Positions 24,029 to 37,859 of a stretch of DNA of 64,000 nucleotides are shown here, piece by piece (the stretch's first letter is position 1; each line of letters begins with the position of its first letter). The position numbers and the translations under genes were made by a program. This DNA is from Hypanus sabinus. Taxonomy: Eukaryota. Location: positions 12,338,001 to 12,402,000 of the forward strand of contig NC_082712.1 in NCBI RefSeq assembly GCF_030144855.1, written 5' to 3'. The notes under the pieces were generated by a model. That model saw nothing but the letters and a program-made list of their open reading frames with translations. It did not search any database and was not told the DNA's origin.

Positions 24029-27000
24029 TGTCACAGTCCTGATCGTTTATTCCCTAGTTTCCTCTAATTTTCTTTGATTGTTCCATGGTTCTGACCATTA
24101 ATTGCTCAATTGCTTCTAATTTTCTTTGATGACGGCACACCTGGTTTCCATCAGGACCTGCAGTATAAGAACCCCGGTGTTACAAACCCCAGTTGCCAGA
24201 TCGTTGGTCTTTTTCCTGTGTGATAACGAACGTTTCCCAACCGCTTAGAACCATTTGTTCTAAGTTCAGCTCCAGTTTCAAGGTTTACCTGTGAGACTCC
24301 GTCTCTCTGAGTCAAGTCTCTGTGTCAAGTCTCAGTGTCCAGGCTCCGTATCAATGTTCCTCCTGTTTGCTGTCCAGCGTTCACATCCACGTCTGCATCC
24401 TAACTCAATAGAAGTCCTACAGCACAATACAGGCCCTTCAGCTCACAAAGTTGTGCTGAACGTGTCACTACCTCAGAAATTACTCGACTTGCCTGCAGCC
24501 CTCTGTTCAACTAAGCTCCGTGTACCTATCTAAAAGTCTCCTAAAAGACCCTATTGTATCTGCCTCCACCACCGTTGCCGGAAGCCCATTCCACACACTC
24601 ACCACTCTCTGAATAAAAAACTTACCCCTGACATCTCCTCTGTACCTACTGCCCAGCACTTTAAACCTGTGTCCTCTTGTCACAACCATTTCAGCCCTGG
24701 GAAAAAGCCTCTGACTATCCACATGATCAATGCCTCTCATCATCTTATACACCTCTATCAGGTCACCTCTCATCCTCCGTCGCTCCAAGGAGAAAAGGCC
24801 GAGTTCACTCAACCTATTCTCATAAGGCATGCTCCCCAATCCAGGTAAGAATCTTATAAATCTCCGCTGCAGCATTTCTACGGCTTCCACATCCGTCCTG
24901 TAGTGAGGTGATCAGAACTGTGCACAGTACTCCAAGTGAGGTCTGACCCCAGGGTCCTATATAGCTGCAACATTACCTCTCGGCTCCGAAATTCATTAGA
25001 AAATAGACAATAGGCAATAGGTGCAGGAGTAGGCCATTCGGCACTTATAGCCAGCTCCGCCATTCACTGTGATCATAGCTGATCGTACACAATCAGTACC
25101 CCATTCCTGCCTATCTATAAGATCTATAAAGGCTCTATTTAACTCTCTCTTGAATGCATCCAGAGACTTGGCCTCCACTGCCTTCTGGGGCAGAGCATTC
25201 CACATATCCACCACTTTCTGGGTGAAAAAGTTTTTCCACATCTCAGTTCTAAAAGGTCTACCCCTTATTCTTTAACTGTGGCCTCTAGTTCTGGACTCAC
25301 CCATCAGTGGGAATATGCTTCCTGCCTCCAGTGAGTCCAATCCCTTAATAATCATATATGTTTCAATCAGATCCCCTCTCATTCTTCTAAATTCCAGTGT
25401 ATACAAGCCCAGTCGCTCCAATCATTCAACATATCACAGTCCTGCCATTCCGGGAATTAACCTTGTGAACCTACGCTGCACTCCCTCAATAGCAAGAATG
25501 TCCTTCCTCAAATTTGGAGACCAAAACTGCACACAATACTCCAGGTGGGTCTCACCAGGGCCCGGTACAGCTGCAGAAGGACCTCTTTACTCCTATACTC
25601 AATTCCTCTTGTTATAAAGGCCAGTATGCCATTAGTTTTCTTCACTGACTGCTGTACCTGCATGCTTGCTTTCATTGACTGATGTACAAGAACACCTAGA
25701 TCTCGTTGTGCTTCCCCTTTTCCTAACTTGACCCCATTTAGATAGTAATCTGCCTTCCTGTTCTTGCCACCAAAGTGGATAACCTCACATTTATCCACAT
25801 TAAACTGCATCTGCCATACATTTGCCCACTCACCCAACCTGTCCAAGTCACCCTGCATTCTCATAACATCTTCCTGACATTTCACACTGCCACCCAACTT
25901 TGTGTCATCAGCAAATTTGCTAATGTTACTTTTAATCCAATTCCATGATTAAAATTCAATTCCAATTCAATTCCATGATTGATGAAGGCCAATACACCGT
26001 ACGCCTTCTTAACCACAGAGTCAACCTACGCAGCTGATTTGAGCTTCCTATGGACTCAGACCCCAACATCCCTCTGATCCTCCACACTGCCAAGAGTCTT
26101 AGCATTAATACTATATTCCGCCATCATATTTGACCTCCCAAAATGAACCACTTCACACTTATCTGGGTTGAACTACATCTGCCACTTCTCAGCCTAGTTT
26201 TGCATTTTATTGATGTCCTGCTGTAGCCTCTAACAGCCCTCCACACTATCCATAATACACCCAACCTTGTGTCATCAGCAAACTTACTAACCCATTCCTA
26301 CAATTCTTCATCCAGGTCATTTATAAAAATCACAAAGAGTAGGGGTCGCAGAGCAGATCCCCGAGGCACACCACTGGTCATCGACCTCCATGCAGATTAT
26401 GACCCGTCTAGAACCACTCTTTGCTTTCTGTGGGCAAGCCAATTCTCCATTTACAAAGCAATGTTCCCTTGGATCCCATGCCTCCTTACTTTCTCAATAA
26501 GCCTTGCAATGGGTACCTTATCAAATGCCTTGCTGAAATCCATATACACTACATCTACTGCTCTTCCTGCAAAAATGTGTTTAGTCACATCCTCAAAAAA
26601 TTCAAATCAGGCTCGTAAAGCAAGACCTGTCCTTGACAAAGCCATGCTGACTACTCCTAATCATATTATATCTCTCCAAATGTACATAAATCCTGCCTCT
26701 CAGGATCTTCTCCATCAGCTTTCCAACAACTGAGGTAAGACTCACTGGTCTATAACTTCCCGGGCTATCTCTACTCCCTTTCTTGAATAAAGGAACAACA
26801 TCCGCAACCCTCCAATACTCCGGAACCTCTTCCATCCCCACTGATGATGCAAAGATCATCGCCCATGCCTGTGTCCTGCACTTGGGTTCTCCTCATTTGC
26901 CACGTTCCATTGCAACAGAACGATCTGGCCACAATGGACCCAGTGGATATGAATACCCTGTAACAAACCCTCGCTAGCCAGGGATCCCTGCGGGGTCTGC

Positions 27001-30000
27001 GATCAACTTCTCCAGGAGGTCATGGAGGACCTCCATTCCCTGTCTGTGAACGTAAAGAAGATTGGTGACCAGGTGGACCGAGTATCCACTCATCTTACCC
27101 CATCCACTCCTGGAACTCTGTCTAACCAACCCAGACAGTCTGTAGTGGCAACCCCCTACGTGTCAGCAACACCCCCACCAAGAGAGCCTCACGGACCTGA
27201 ACCAGAACACTCCGCTGGGGATTTGGGGAAGTGCCGGGCCTTCCTTCTGCAAAGCTCCTTGCTGTTCGATCAGCAGTCATTGATGTCTTCCACGGACAAG
27301 TCAAAGATAGCTTATATCATGGGGTTGTTGAGGGGAAGTGCCTTAGCGGGGGCTACAGCTGTTTGGGACAATCAGCCAGATATCTGCTCTTCATTCCCCA
27401 CCTTTATCACAGAGACGAGAAAGATCTTTGACCACCCCGTCCGCGGTAAAGATGCCACTAAGTGCCCCCTCACTCCTGTCAGGGCTCACGCAGTGTTGCC
27501 GAGTATTCTCTGAAACTCCGGACATTAGCGGGTGGAACTCAGGGTGGAACGATGAGGCACTCCAATGGTCTCAGCGAAATGGTGGAAGATGAGTTGGTGG
27601 CAAGAGACGACACCGACAGCCTGGACTCCTTGATCTCCCCAGCAACCAGGTTGGACAATCGTCTTCGAGAACGCCATAGGGAGAGAACTGGTCGTCCACC
27701 ACCTTTGGCTACTCCACGGCACCCTGTACCATCTCCCACCAGCACAGGCCTCTCTTCTCCTCCCACTCCTAGAATAGCTCCCAGTCCGGCCGTTTCCACC
27801 ATTCCGTGAGAGGAACCAAACAGCTGGGACTGAACCGCCTTTCCCCCACAGAACAACTCCAGAGAGTAAGAGCAGGGGATTATCTCTATTGCAGCCAGTC
27901 TGGCCACTTCTGTGCTACCTGTTCCCTTTGGCCAAAAGGGTTGGCTCACCAGTAGAAAGGGGGATCTTGGTGAGCCAGACAACATTCCCTTCCGTCCCCC
28001 AAACCCAGATGCAGATCCAAGCTACTTTGCATTAAAACCATCAGCCCCTGCCTCTGTCTGCTCTAGTGGACTCTGGCACTGAGGGAAACCTTTTGGATGA
28101 AAACATATCTTCCCGGGCCAGAATTCCTCGGGAGCCATTGAGTACCCCTTTGGAAGCCCAGGCACTGGATGGTAGACTACTGGCCCGAGTCACACACTGC
28201 ACACCATCCCCTGTCTCTTACTCTCTCTGGGAACTATCAGGAAAAGGTACAATTTAACCTAATTTCCTCTCCTCATGCTCCTATTGTTCTTGGGTACCCC
28301 AGTTAAGCTGCCATAACCCCCACATTGACTGGTCCACCTGGAAGGTAGCCAGCTGGAGTCTGTTCTATCACTCCACTTGTCTACAATCGACCCTATCCCC
28401 TGTGAAAGTCACTGTGACCTCGTCTGCCTCTGAAACTCCTGACTTATCCAAGGTTCCAGCAGAGTATCACGACCTGGGACAAGTGTTTAGTAAACAACGG
28501 GCCCTTTCCCTGCCTCCACACTGACCTGACCATTGTGCTATTGACCTTCTCCCCGGGGCCCCCCTACCCACCAGTCGGCTGTGTAACCTGTCCCGGCCAG
28601 AAAGGGAAGCAATGGAGGCTTACCTAAATGAATCACCCGCGGCGGGCATAACCCGACCCTCATCCACCCCTGTTGGTGCAGGTTTCTTTTTAGGGAAGAA
28701 AGGCAGTTCACTGTGCCCCTGCATTGACTCCCAAGGCCTAAATAGTATAACCATAAAGAACAAATATCCACTGCCCCTTATCAACTCTGCTTTCCAACCA
28801 CTTCACGGAGCCACCATCTTCTCCAAGTTGGACCTACGAAGTGCCTACCATCTGCTCAGGATAAGGGAGGGAGATGAGTGGAAAACAGCATTTAACACCC
28901 CTCTTGGTCACTACGAATACCTGGTCATGCCATTCGGCCTCAACAATGTCCCCGCTGTTTTCCAACCCCTGATAAACGATGTCCTTTTAGAGACCTTATT
29001 AACCGCTTTGTGTTTGTTTATTTCAATGACATCTTAATCTTCTCCCACAGTCTTCAGAAACACACCCGCCATGTCCGTCAGGTTCTGCAGAGGCTTTGGG
29101 AGAACAAAGTATCGTTAAAGCTGAGAAGTGAGAGTTTCATGTCCCCTCAGTCAGCTTCTTAGGGTACATCATCGAGACCGGACGAGTGAGAGTGGATCCC
29201 GAAAAGATCCGGGCGATGGTGGAGTGGCCAAGACCCACGACGCTCAAGCAAACTTGGGTTTGCAAGCTTCTATCGTCGTTTCATCAGGGGTTACAGCCGG
29301 GCGGCAGCGCCCCTTACTCGACTCTCATCACCTATGACCCCTTTTCACTGAGACCCCGAAGCGGACTCTGCCATCTCGGAGCTGAAGAGATGTTTCACCT
29401 CCACTCCCATCCTGGTCCAACCTGACCCCTCTCGCCAATTCACTGTGGAGGTCGACGCCTCTGATTCTGGGGTGGGAGCGGTCCTCTCCCAACGTTTCGG
29501 TCCAGACCAGAACTTCATCCCTGGGCCTTCTTTTCTCGCCGCCGAATGAAATTACAACGTAGTGATCCGGGAGTTACTGGCTGTCAAACTCGCTTTGGAG
29601 GAGTGGAGGCACCGGCTGGAGGGCGCAGAATATCTGTTTATCATCTGGACTGATCACAAGAACCTCGCGTACATCCAAACTGCCAAACGCCTGAATTACC
29701 AACAAGCCCATTGGGCATTATTTTTTGGCCGGTTCAGATTCACATGGATGCTCGATGTCCGATGCCATCTCCCATCAATATGTTTCCAAGGAGGCCCTTC
29801 TCAACCCCGAGACCATCCTTCCACCATCCTGTGTAGTGGCTGCCCTCACCTGGGAGATCGAGTCCATAGTCAAAGGGGCCAAACGGACTCAACCTGACCC
29901 AAGCAATGGACCCTCCAATCGCCTCTTGGTGCCCGATTCTGTTCGGTCACAGGTTCTCCAGTGGGGGCACACTACTCGTTTCGCCTGCCGTCCCGGAATC

Positions 30001-31651
30001 GATCGGACTCTGTCCCCTCTGAATGGACATGTCTGGTGGCACTCCATGGATGCTGACACCCGTTCCTTCGTCTCTGCCTGTTCTGTTTGTGCCCGTGGAA
30101 AAGCCTCCCACCGACCACCTGCTGGGTTGTTTCGTTCCCTACCTGTCCCTAGCCACACTTGGTCACATTGCGCTGGATTTCGTTACGGGACTACCCCCTT
30201 CACATGGGAACACTGCTGTACTCACTGTGGTGGACAGCTTCTCCCAAGCTGTCCACTTCATAGCCCTTCCCAAACTCCCTACAGCCCGTGAAGCAGCCGA
30301 CCTTCTCGTCCATCATGTCTTCCGTCTTCATGGGATTCCCTCTGACATTATTTCTGACCGGGGTCCCCAATTCGTCTCTCAAGTCTGGAGATATTTTGTC
30401 AAGCCCTTGGAGCCTCAGTTAATCTGCTGTCTGGCTTTCATCCACAGATGAACGGTCAAACAGAACGAGCAAACCACGATTCGGAAGCAGCATTGCGCTG
30501 CATAACTGCCAACAACCCGTCTTCCTGGAGCACCCATCTCGCTTGGGTAGAGTACTCCCACAACTCCCGGGTCAGCACCGCCACTGGAACGTCTCTCTTT
30601 GAATGCTCACTCGGTTACCAACCCCCTCTGTTCTCCACGCATGAAGATGATATTGCTGTGCCTTCAGTTCAGGCCCATCTCCGCCGGTGCCGCAAGATCT
30701 GGAAAGATGGACATATGGCCCTGCTCCGCTCAGCCAACCGCAAATGCCGATCGCCATCAGATTCCTGCACCAAACTAGCGGCCTGGGCAGAAGGTTTGGC
30801 TCACTTCTAAAGACATCCCCCTCAAGAATGAACCCAGGAAACTCGCCCCTCTCTACCTGGGACCATTCGAGATTGAGTGTCATCAGCCTCTCGGTGGTCC
30901 GACTCAAACTGCCCGGATCCATGCACGTCCATCCTACATTCCACGTCTCCCAATTGAAACCTGGATCTGTCAGCCTTTTGTGCCCTCCTGCCGAACCCCC
31001 TCCACCCACCTGGGTCATTGACGACCACCCAGCGTACATCATACAGTGAATACTGGATGCATGCCTCCGATGCAGGAGTCTCCAGTACCTGGATGATTGA
31101 GAGGGATACGGCCCGGGGGAACACTCCTGGATTCCCCCTCCTTCATCCTGGACCCTTCCCTCATCTGTGATTTCCATCGGGACCATCCGGACAAGCCTGG
31201 TGGTTCACTGCTGAAATGGGGAGGGGAGGTACTATCATGGGCCTGATCGTTTATTCCCTAGTTTCCTCTAATTTCCTTTGTTTGTTCCATGGTTGCGACC
31301 GTTAATTTCCCAATTGCTTCTAATTTTCTTTGATGACGGCACACCTGGTTTCCATCAGGACCTGCAGTACAAGAACCCCGGTGTTACAAACCCCAGTTGC
31401 CAGATCGTTGGTCTTTTTCCTGTGTGATAACTAATGTTTCCCGACCGCTTAGAACCATTTGTTCTAAGTTTAGCTGTGAGACTCCATCTCTCTGAGTCGA
31501 GGCTCCATGTTTAGGCTCCGTGTCAAGGCTCTGTGTCAAGGTTTCTCCTGTTTGCTGTCCAACGGTCACGTCCACGTCTGCAACCTAACTAAACCTCCAT
31601 GCCCGTGTCCTGCTCTTGGGTTTGCCTCATTCGTCACATTTCATTGCAACA
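24029..31651 (+). mobile_element. Full-span Gypsy chromovirus (Tf1/sushi-like) LTR retrotransposon, decayed
   Basis: 5' LTR 24029-26917 (split by CR1s), 3' LTR 31233-31651, TSD AGAAT. gag from ATG 26934 (PEG10/RTL-type gag); protease DSG; RT ([23 protein letters not shown]); RNase H ([14 protein letters not shown]); integrase ([16 protein letters not shown]); chromodomain remnant (ILD...QYL...EGYGP.E.SWIP); PPT. Confidence 0.93.
24409..26865 (-). mobile_element. Stack of CR1 fragments inserted in the Gypsy 5' LTR
   Basis: RT pieces LQRRFIRFLPGL (24507-24890), [20 protein letters not shown] (25508-25897), [16 protein letters not shown] (26602-26859). Confidence 0.85.
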
Positions 31652-32640
31652 AGAATCCCCTACATGGGAAATAACTTTCCCATCTCTAATCTGTTCAGGC
31701 CTTTTAACATTCAGAATGTTTCTATGAGACCCCTCCCCCTCATTCTCCTGAACTCCAGGGAATACAGCCCAAGAGCTGCCAGACGTTCCTCACACAGTAA
31801 CCCTCTCATTCCTGGAATCATTCTCGTGAATCTTCTCTGAACCCTCTCCAATGGCAGTATATCCTCTCGAAAATAAGGAGCCCAGAACTGCACACAATAC
31901 TCCATATGGTCTCACAAGTGCCTTGTAGAGCCTCAACATCACATCCCAGCTGTTATATTCTATACCTCTAGAAATGAATGGCAACATTGCATTCACCTTC
32001 TTCACAACTGACTCAGCCTAGAGGTTAACCTTCAGGGTATCCTGCATAAGGAATCCCAAGTCCCTTTGCATCTCTGCATTTTGAATTCTCTCCCCATCTA
32101 AATAATAGTCTGCCCGTTTATTTCTCCCACCTAAGTGCATGACAATACACTTTCCAACATTGTATTTCATTTTCCATATCTTTGCCCATTCCCCTGTATC
32201 TTTAACACTACCCACTTCTCCACCGATCTTTGTATCATTGGCAAATTTAGCCACAAATCCATTAATCCCATCGTCCAAATCATTGACATACATCGTAAAA
32301 AGAGCAGTCCTAACACTGACCCCTGTGGAACTCCACTGGTAACTAGCAGCCAGCCAGAATAGCATCCCTTTATTCCCACTCTCTGTTTTCTGCCGACCAG
32401 TCAATGCTCCACCCATGCTAGTAACTTCCCTGTAATTCCATGGGCTCTTATCTTGCTAAGCAGCCTCATGTGTGACACCTTGTCAAAGGCCTTCTGGAAA
32501 TCCAAGTACACCACAACTACTGCATCTCCTTTGTCTACCCCGCTTGTAATTTCCTCAAGGAATTGCAGTAGTTTTGTCAGGCAGGAGTTTCCTTTCAGGA
32601 AACCATGCTGGCTTTGGCCTATCTTGTCATGTGTATAACC
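31652..32640 (-). mobile_element. CR1 RT fragment (its 3' end is at ~23720-24028, split by the Gypsy)
   Basis: [35 protein letters not shown]; sequence is continuous across the AGAAT TSD. Confidence 0.85.
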
Positions 32641-34232
32641 AGGGCTTGTGATCTGCACCAGTTGCTCATACGAACATCCACCATCTGATCCCATGGCTTC
32701 ACATCACCCTGATTCCGGGCTGGAAGGAGGGGTGGGGGGGCTAAGCAGGTGCTACACCGTGGGCAAGGGTGACCTGCAGGCTCGCGGAGGGAAGGAGCAT
32801 CTTACACCTCCTTTGGTAGAGATACATCTCCACCCCGCCACACGATAATACATTGCAATACATATTAATAAAAAGACTATAAATTACTGTAACATGCTGT
32901 ACGGTTTCACTGCTAATGTAATGGCATCACTGTGATGTTCCACTGCTGAGGTAATGGTTTCTCTGGAGCAGCAATGCTTGGGATATGACTAAAGATAACG
33001 GGGCATGTTTGTGAATAGAGGGATGTTGTTCTTTCTTGTGTGTCTGGGAGCCGGGAATTCACAGACTTCTGCTGGGGAGAGATGAGGAGAGAAGACGCGA
33101 ATGGAGAGAGAAGGTAGACCGCCGGATGGAATGGACTTGGAGTGAGGGTCCGAAGGTCAGCGACGATCGGAGGAGATTGATGGTGGACGATCGACCTTAC
33201 CAATGAGCTCCAACGTTTGCACATTTGACTGTTTCAGGAGAATGGGCCCTTTTCTTTTTCTTGTTTCTTTACTTTACAATAAGAAATATATATCTATATC
33301 TGGAATTTTAAATTAAGTAAGTAGCACAAGAAGAGGGAAAGAAAGGAAACAAAGTGAGCTGGTCCTCACTTTTCTGATTGTCCACTCAGAAATCTGACAG
33401 CAGAAAGGAAGAAGCTCTTCCTGAAATGCTGAGTGTGTGTCTTCTCTGGGAAGATTCCTGATCCTCCGTTAGAACTCCACTCATTCCTCCCAGGCTCAGG
33501 CAAGGCCCCACCAGGGGGCCCATTGAAGTTCTGGGGGCCACCCTGTGTGAAGGACCGTCTGAGATGGAGATGTGGTGGGGAAATGGAACTCATCACCAGC
33601 TGAGGCTGGGAGTGGCCGATATAACATTCATCCCCGGAGTCTGGACACAGAATACAATGGGTGCTGGAGGTTCTGACCCATCCCTGAACACTGCAGAAGA
33701 TGCCGAGATGGTGTGGGAGAGAGCAGAGTCCCCTGTGGACGTGCTGGAGTCCATCGTGGGTTGGGGACAGGCCCCTCCCATCGGTGCTGCCTTCCTCTTT
33801 TGCTCAGTGCTGCCCCCCAGTGTTCACTTAGTGAGAGACAAGCTGGACCAGGACAATATCCAATCTGCCATCCAGCTCCAATCCAGACCACTCAGGAACT
33901 TGGGCTATATTATGTCTTTTTGTGACTGTATGCTTTTCTACGATCGTAACGATGTGTACTGTGTGCTGTTGCTACTCTGCTTTACACTTTGTCCTGGAGG
34001 AACGCTGTTTTGTTTTGCTGTATGCACGTGTGGCTGATTGACAATTAAACTTGAACTTGAATGTGGTGACGGGTTCTTTTCCGGGTCTGATCTACAGTCA
34101 GATCTCACTCGGGGACAGACAGATAAACACGGGGGTGGGGTTGATAAGAGAAAGGATAATGGTAGCAGGCTACCCCCCACCCACCCCTAAAACCCTCCCC
34201 ATTCCCTGCAGAATGTGCCAATGGTTTCTTAC

Positions 34233-34613
34233 CTGGGGTGACCTGCAGCTGGATCTCACTCTGGATCACATGGATATATGGGGGATTGATGTAGGATGAA
34301 TCATCATGAATCCTTTCCCTGAACTCAGCCAGACACAGGTAGCTGTGACTGTCCTCCACTCTCAGCTGCTTTATCCTGATCGAGGCGTTTCCCAGCTCTG
34401 GGTCCCCAACGAGCTCGTACCGAATCACTCCGTTTTCCGCTGCCCACGATCCATTTCGAATATGCCTGAAGGTGACGATGTGTCGGTAGGGATCCTTCCT
34501 CATCCACGTCACCGTGTGTGCGGTGAGGCTCTGCCGAGGCCGTGTGAACACACAGGGTAACGTGGCCGAAGCTCCCTTGGTTCCAGTCATCACAGAGACA
34601 CTCTCATTGGGAG
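34233..34613 (-). CDS. Ig V-set exon, tandem copy V2a
   Basis: 381-nt open exon, acceptor ccttccctcag|CT, donor CCAG|gtaaga, phase 1-1. FG loop RERIHDDSSYINPPY. Confidence 0.88.
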
Positions 34614-34899
34614 CTGAGGGAAGGACAGGTGCCAGAATAAATCAGTTAACCCTCAGCAAAAACATTTAACACTGACAAAATTTCCAGCCTGCAAAATAAT
34701 AAAAACTCCCCACAGCACCCTTCTGAATGAAAACACAACCCATCTGTGTCTCACTAACTGTAAACCATTCAGACAAGAGAAACTCTTTAGAGCATAAAAC
34801 AGTCCCATCGGGCACGAGGTAAAGAAGCCTAAATCTCACACCACCACGTTCAGGAATAGTTAATTCCCTTCAACCATTCAGTTGTTGAACTAGCTGACA

Positions 34900-35470
34900 C
34901 CAACTCTAATCAGTGGAGTGTAACAAGACTAATCAGTACTGTATTAGAACACTGATCAGTACAGTCTGACAGCACCAATCAGTACAGTATAACACCACCA
35001 ATCAGTACAGTATAACAACACCAATCAGTACAGTCTAACAACACCAATCAGTGCAGTGTAACAACAAAAATCACAGTAGTGTAACAACACTGGGAACCAC
35101 CCTCCTGAATAAAAACACAACCCATCTATGTCTCACTAATTGCAAACCATTCAGACAAGAGAAACTGTTTAGAACATAAAACAGTCCCATCGGGCAGGAG
35201 GTAAAGAAGCCTAAATCTCACATCACCACGTTCAAGAACAGCCAATTCCCTTCAGATATTCAGTTTTTGAACCAGTTGACACCAACACTAATAACTACAG
35301 TGTAACAACACTAATCAGTACAGTGTAACAACACAAATCACGACAGAATAACAACACTAATCAGTACAGGTAACAACACAAATCACGACAGAATAACAAC
35401 ACTAATCAGTACAGGTAATAACACTAATCACTACAGTGTAACAACATGAATCAGTACATTCTAACACATT
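34900..35470. repeat. Minisatellite of ~22-23-bp CAGT(G/A)TAACAACACTAAT variants, plus a ~380-bp local duplication (34715-34930 vs 35097-35300)
   Basis: Tandem copies visible directly. Confidence 0.85.
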
Positions 35471-35566
35471 ACAGGGGACACAACAGCAGAGTGCAGAATA
35501 AAGTGTGATAGTTACTGAGAAAGTTCAGTGCGGGCAGGCAGTGAGGTGCAGGGCCATAATGAAGTG

Positions 35567-35850
35567 GGTTGCCACGGTAGCACAGCCGTTAGTGTGACAC
35601 TATGACAGCTCAGGGTGTCGGAGTTCAGAGTTCAATTCCTGCACCGTCTGTAAGGACTTTGTACGTTCTCCCTGTGACTGTGTGGGTTTCCTCCGGGTGC
35701 TCCGGTTTCCTCCCACAGTCTAAGGATGGACCGGCTCATCGGTTAATTGATCATTGTAAATCGTCGTGGGTTCAATAGGTGGGTTTCTGGGTGGTGTGGC
35801 TCGTTGGGTCGGAAAGGCCTGTTCCGTGCTGTATCTCTAAATGAATAAAC
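35567..35850 (+). mobile_element. V-SINE (tRNA-derived)
   Basis: B box GTTCAATTCC and V-domain core gtgtgggtttcctccgggtgctccggtttcctcccacagtc. Confidence 0.8.
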
Positions 35851-36104
35851 AAATAAATAATGAGGTGGAGAGTCCATCTATCATACTGGGGGACAACTCC
35901 GTAGTTATAACTGTAGGATAAAAGCTGTCCTTCAGCCTGGTGGTCCGTGCATCCAGGCTGTTGTATCTTCTGCCTAGTGGGAGAGGGCCGAAGAGAGAAT
36001 GTCCAGGGTGAATGGGAGGGTCTCTGATTTTGCATTCTGTTTCACAGAGACGGTGAGAAGTGCAGACAGAATCCATGAAGGGGGCTGGCTTCTGTCTTGA
36101 TGAA

Positions 36105-36477
36105 GGGGTTAACCTGTGAGGAGAGATTCAGTCGCCTGGGACTATACTCTGTGGAGTTCAGAAGAATAAGGGGGGATCTTATAGAAACATACAAAATTTT
36201 GAAAGGGAAAGATAAGATAGAAGTAGGAAAGTTGTTTCCATTGGTAGGTGAGACTAGAACTAGGGGGCATTGCCTCAACATTCGGGAAGAAGATTTAGGA
36301 TGGGGATGAGGAGAAACTGTTTTTCCCAGAGAGTGATGAACCTGAGGAATTCTCTGCCCAGGGAAGCAGTTGAGGCTTCTTCACTAAATATACTTAAGAA
36401 ACAGTTAGATAGGTTATTCCATAGTAAGGGAATTAAGGGTTATGGGGAAAAGTCAGGTAGATGGAGCTGAGTTTACT
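36105..36477 (+). mobile_element. CR1 3' end
   Basis: LTCEERFSRLGLYSVEFRRIRGDLIETYKI. Confidence 0.8.
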
Positions 36478-37859
36478 GTTCTGTGTGGGTGATCTGTGTG
36501 GGGAGAGGGTGTTGGGTTTGGTGTTGTCGGCACTGTATTTTTTGAGAGTGAGTGGGTTGGGGGCTTGAGGCTTTCGATCTTCTGACGATCATCTTCCATG
36601 TGGGTGATCTGTTGGCTTTTGTGCGAGGGAGGGAGGTGGGGGGGTTTGAGGTTTGCGAGATTTTTCTTTTTCCTTTTCGTGTGGGAGTATTGACGTCTAT
36701 TCTTGTAATGAATCCCATGGTTTATCTGGATATCATGGTTATCTGGAGAAGATGAATATCAGAGTTGTATTCTACGTGTAGACTTTGACAATAAAATGAA
36801 CCTTTGATCCTTTCCCCACAGACGCTGCCTGACCTGCTGAGTTTCTCCAGTATTTTGTGTGTGTTGCTCTGGATTTCCAGCAATGGCAGATTTTCTCCTG
36901 TTTATGGCTATGATTGTTCTTGGCAATTTTTCTACAGAGATGGTTTCCATCACCTTCTTCTGAGCAGTGTCTGTACAGGACAGAGCACAGCCATTATCAA
37001 TACTCTTCAGAGATTGTCTGCCTGGTGTCAGTGGTCGCATAACCAGAATTTGTGATCTGCACCAGCTGCTTGTTACACCATCCACCACCTGATCCCATGG
37101 ATTCACATGAACCTGATCAGGGGTCTAAGCAGGGGCTACACCTCGCCCAAGGGTAAAGTGAAGACTAGTGGAGGGAAGGAGTGTCTTAAACCTCCTTTGG
37201 TAAAGACGTATCTTCACCCTGACACCCTGTTATACATTGCAATACATATTAATTAAAAACTGTAAATTTCAATAAGAAATATATACCTACATGTATAAAT
37301 TTTAAGTTAAATAAGTAGCACAAAAGAGGGAAAAATAGGGAAAAGAGTGAGCTGGTCCTCACTTTTCTGATTGTCCATTCAGAAATCCGACGACAGAAAG
37401 GAAGAAGCTCTTCCTGAAATGTTGAGTGTGTGTCTTCTCTGGGAAGCTTCCTGATCCTCCGTTAGAACTCCACTCATTCCTCCCAGGCTCAGGCAAGGCC
37501 CCACCAGGGGGCCCGTTGAAGGTCTGGGGGCCACCCTGTGTGAGGGACCGTCTGAAATGGAGATGTGGTGGGGAAATGGAACTCATCACCAGCTGAGGCT
37601 GGGAGTGGCCGATATAACATTCATCCCCGGAGTCTGGACACAGAATACAATGGGTGCTGGAGGTTCTGACCCATCCCTGAACACTGCAGAAGATGCCGAG
37701 ATGGTGTGGGAGAGAGCAGAGGCCTCTGTGGACGTGCTGGAGTCCGTCGTGGGTTGGGGACAGGCCCCTCCCATCGGCGCTGCCTTCCTCTTTTGCTCAG
37801 TGCTGCCCCCCAGTGTTCACTTAGTGAGAGACAAGCTGGACCAGGACAATATCAATAGA

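Larger units (their letters stand above)
32640..35500. repeat. V2 module A (VNTR + V exon + downstream flank); continues at ~23005-23420 beyond the inserted CR1/Gypsy block
   Basis: Near-identical to modules B and C over 32640-32880, 33280-34700 and 34700-34930. 23005-23420 matches 35690-36110. Confidence 0.85.

Noticed and set aside
26934-28000. Domesticated PEG10/RTL-like gag gene
   Set aside because: Flanked by LTRs with a TSD and broken by several frameshifts and stops: an ordinary decayed retrotransposon.
33564-34037. Plus-strand ORF repeated in all three modules (MEMWWGNG...)
   Set aside because: Runs into Rex1-like LINE 3' remnants, differs in length between copies and has no recognisable domain. 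Its conservation is explained by recent duplication.
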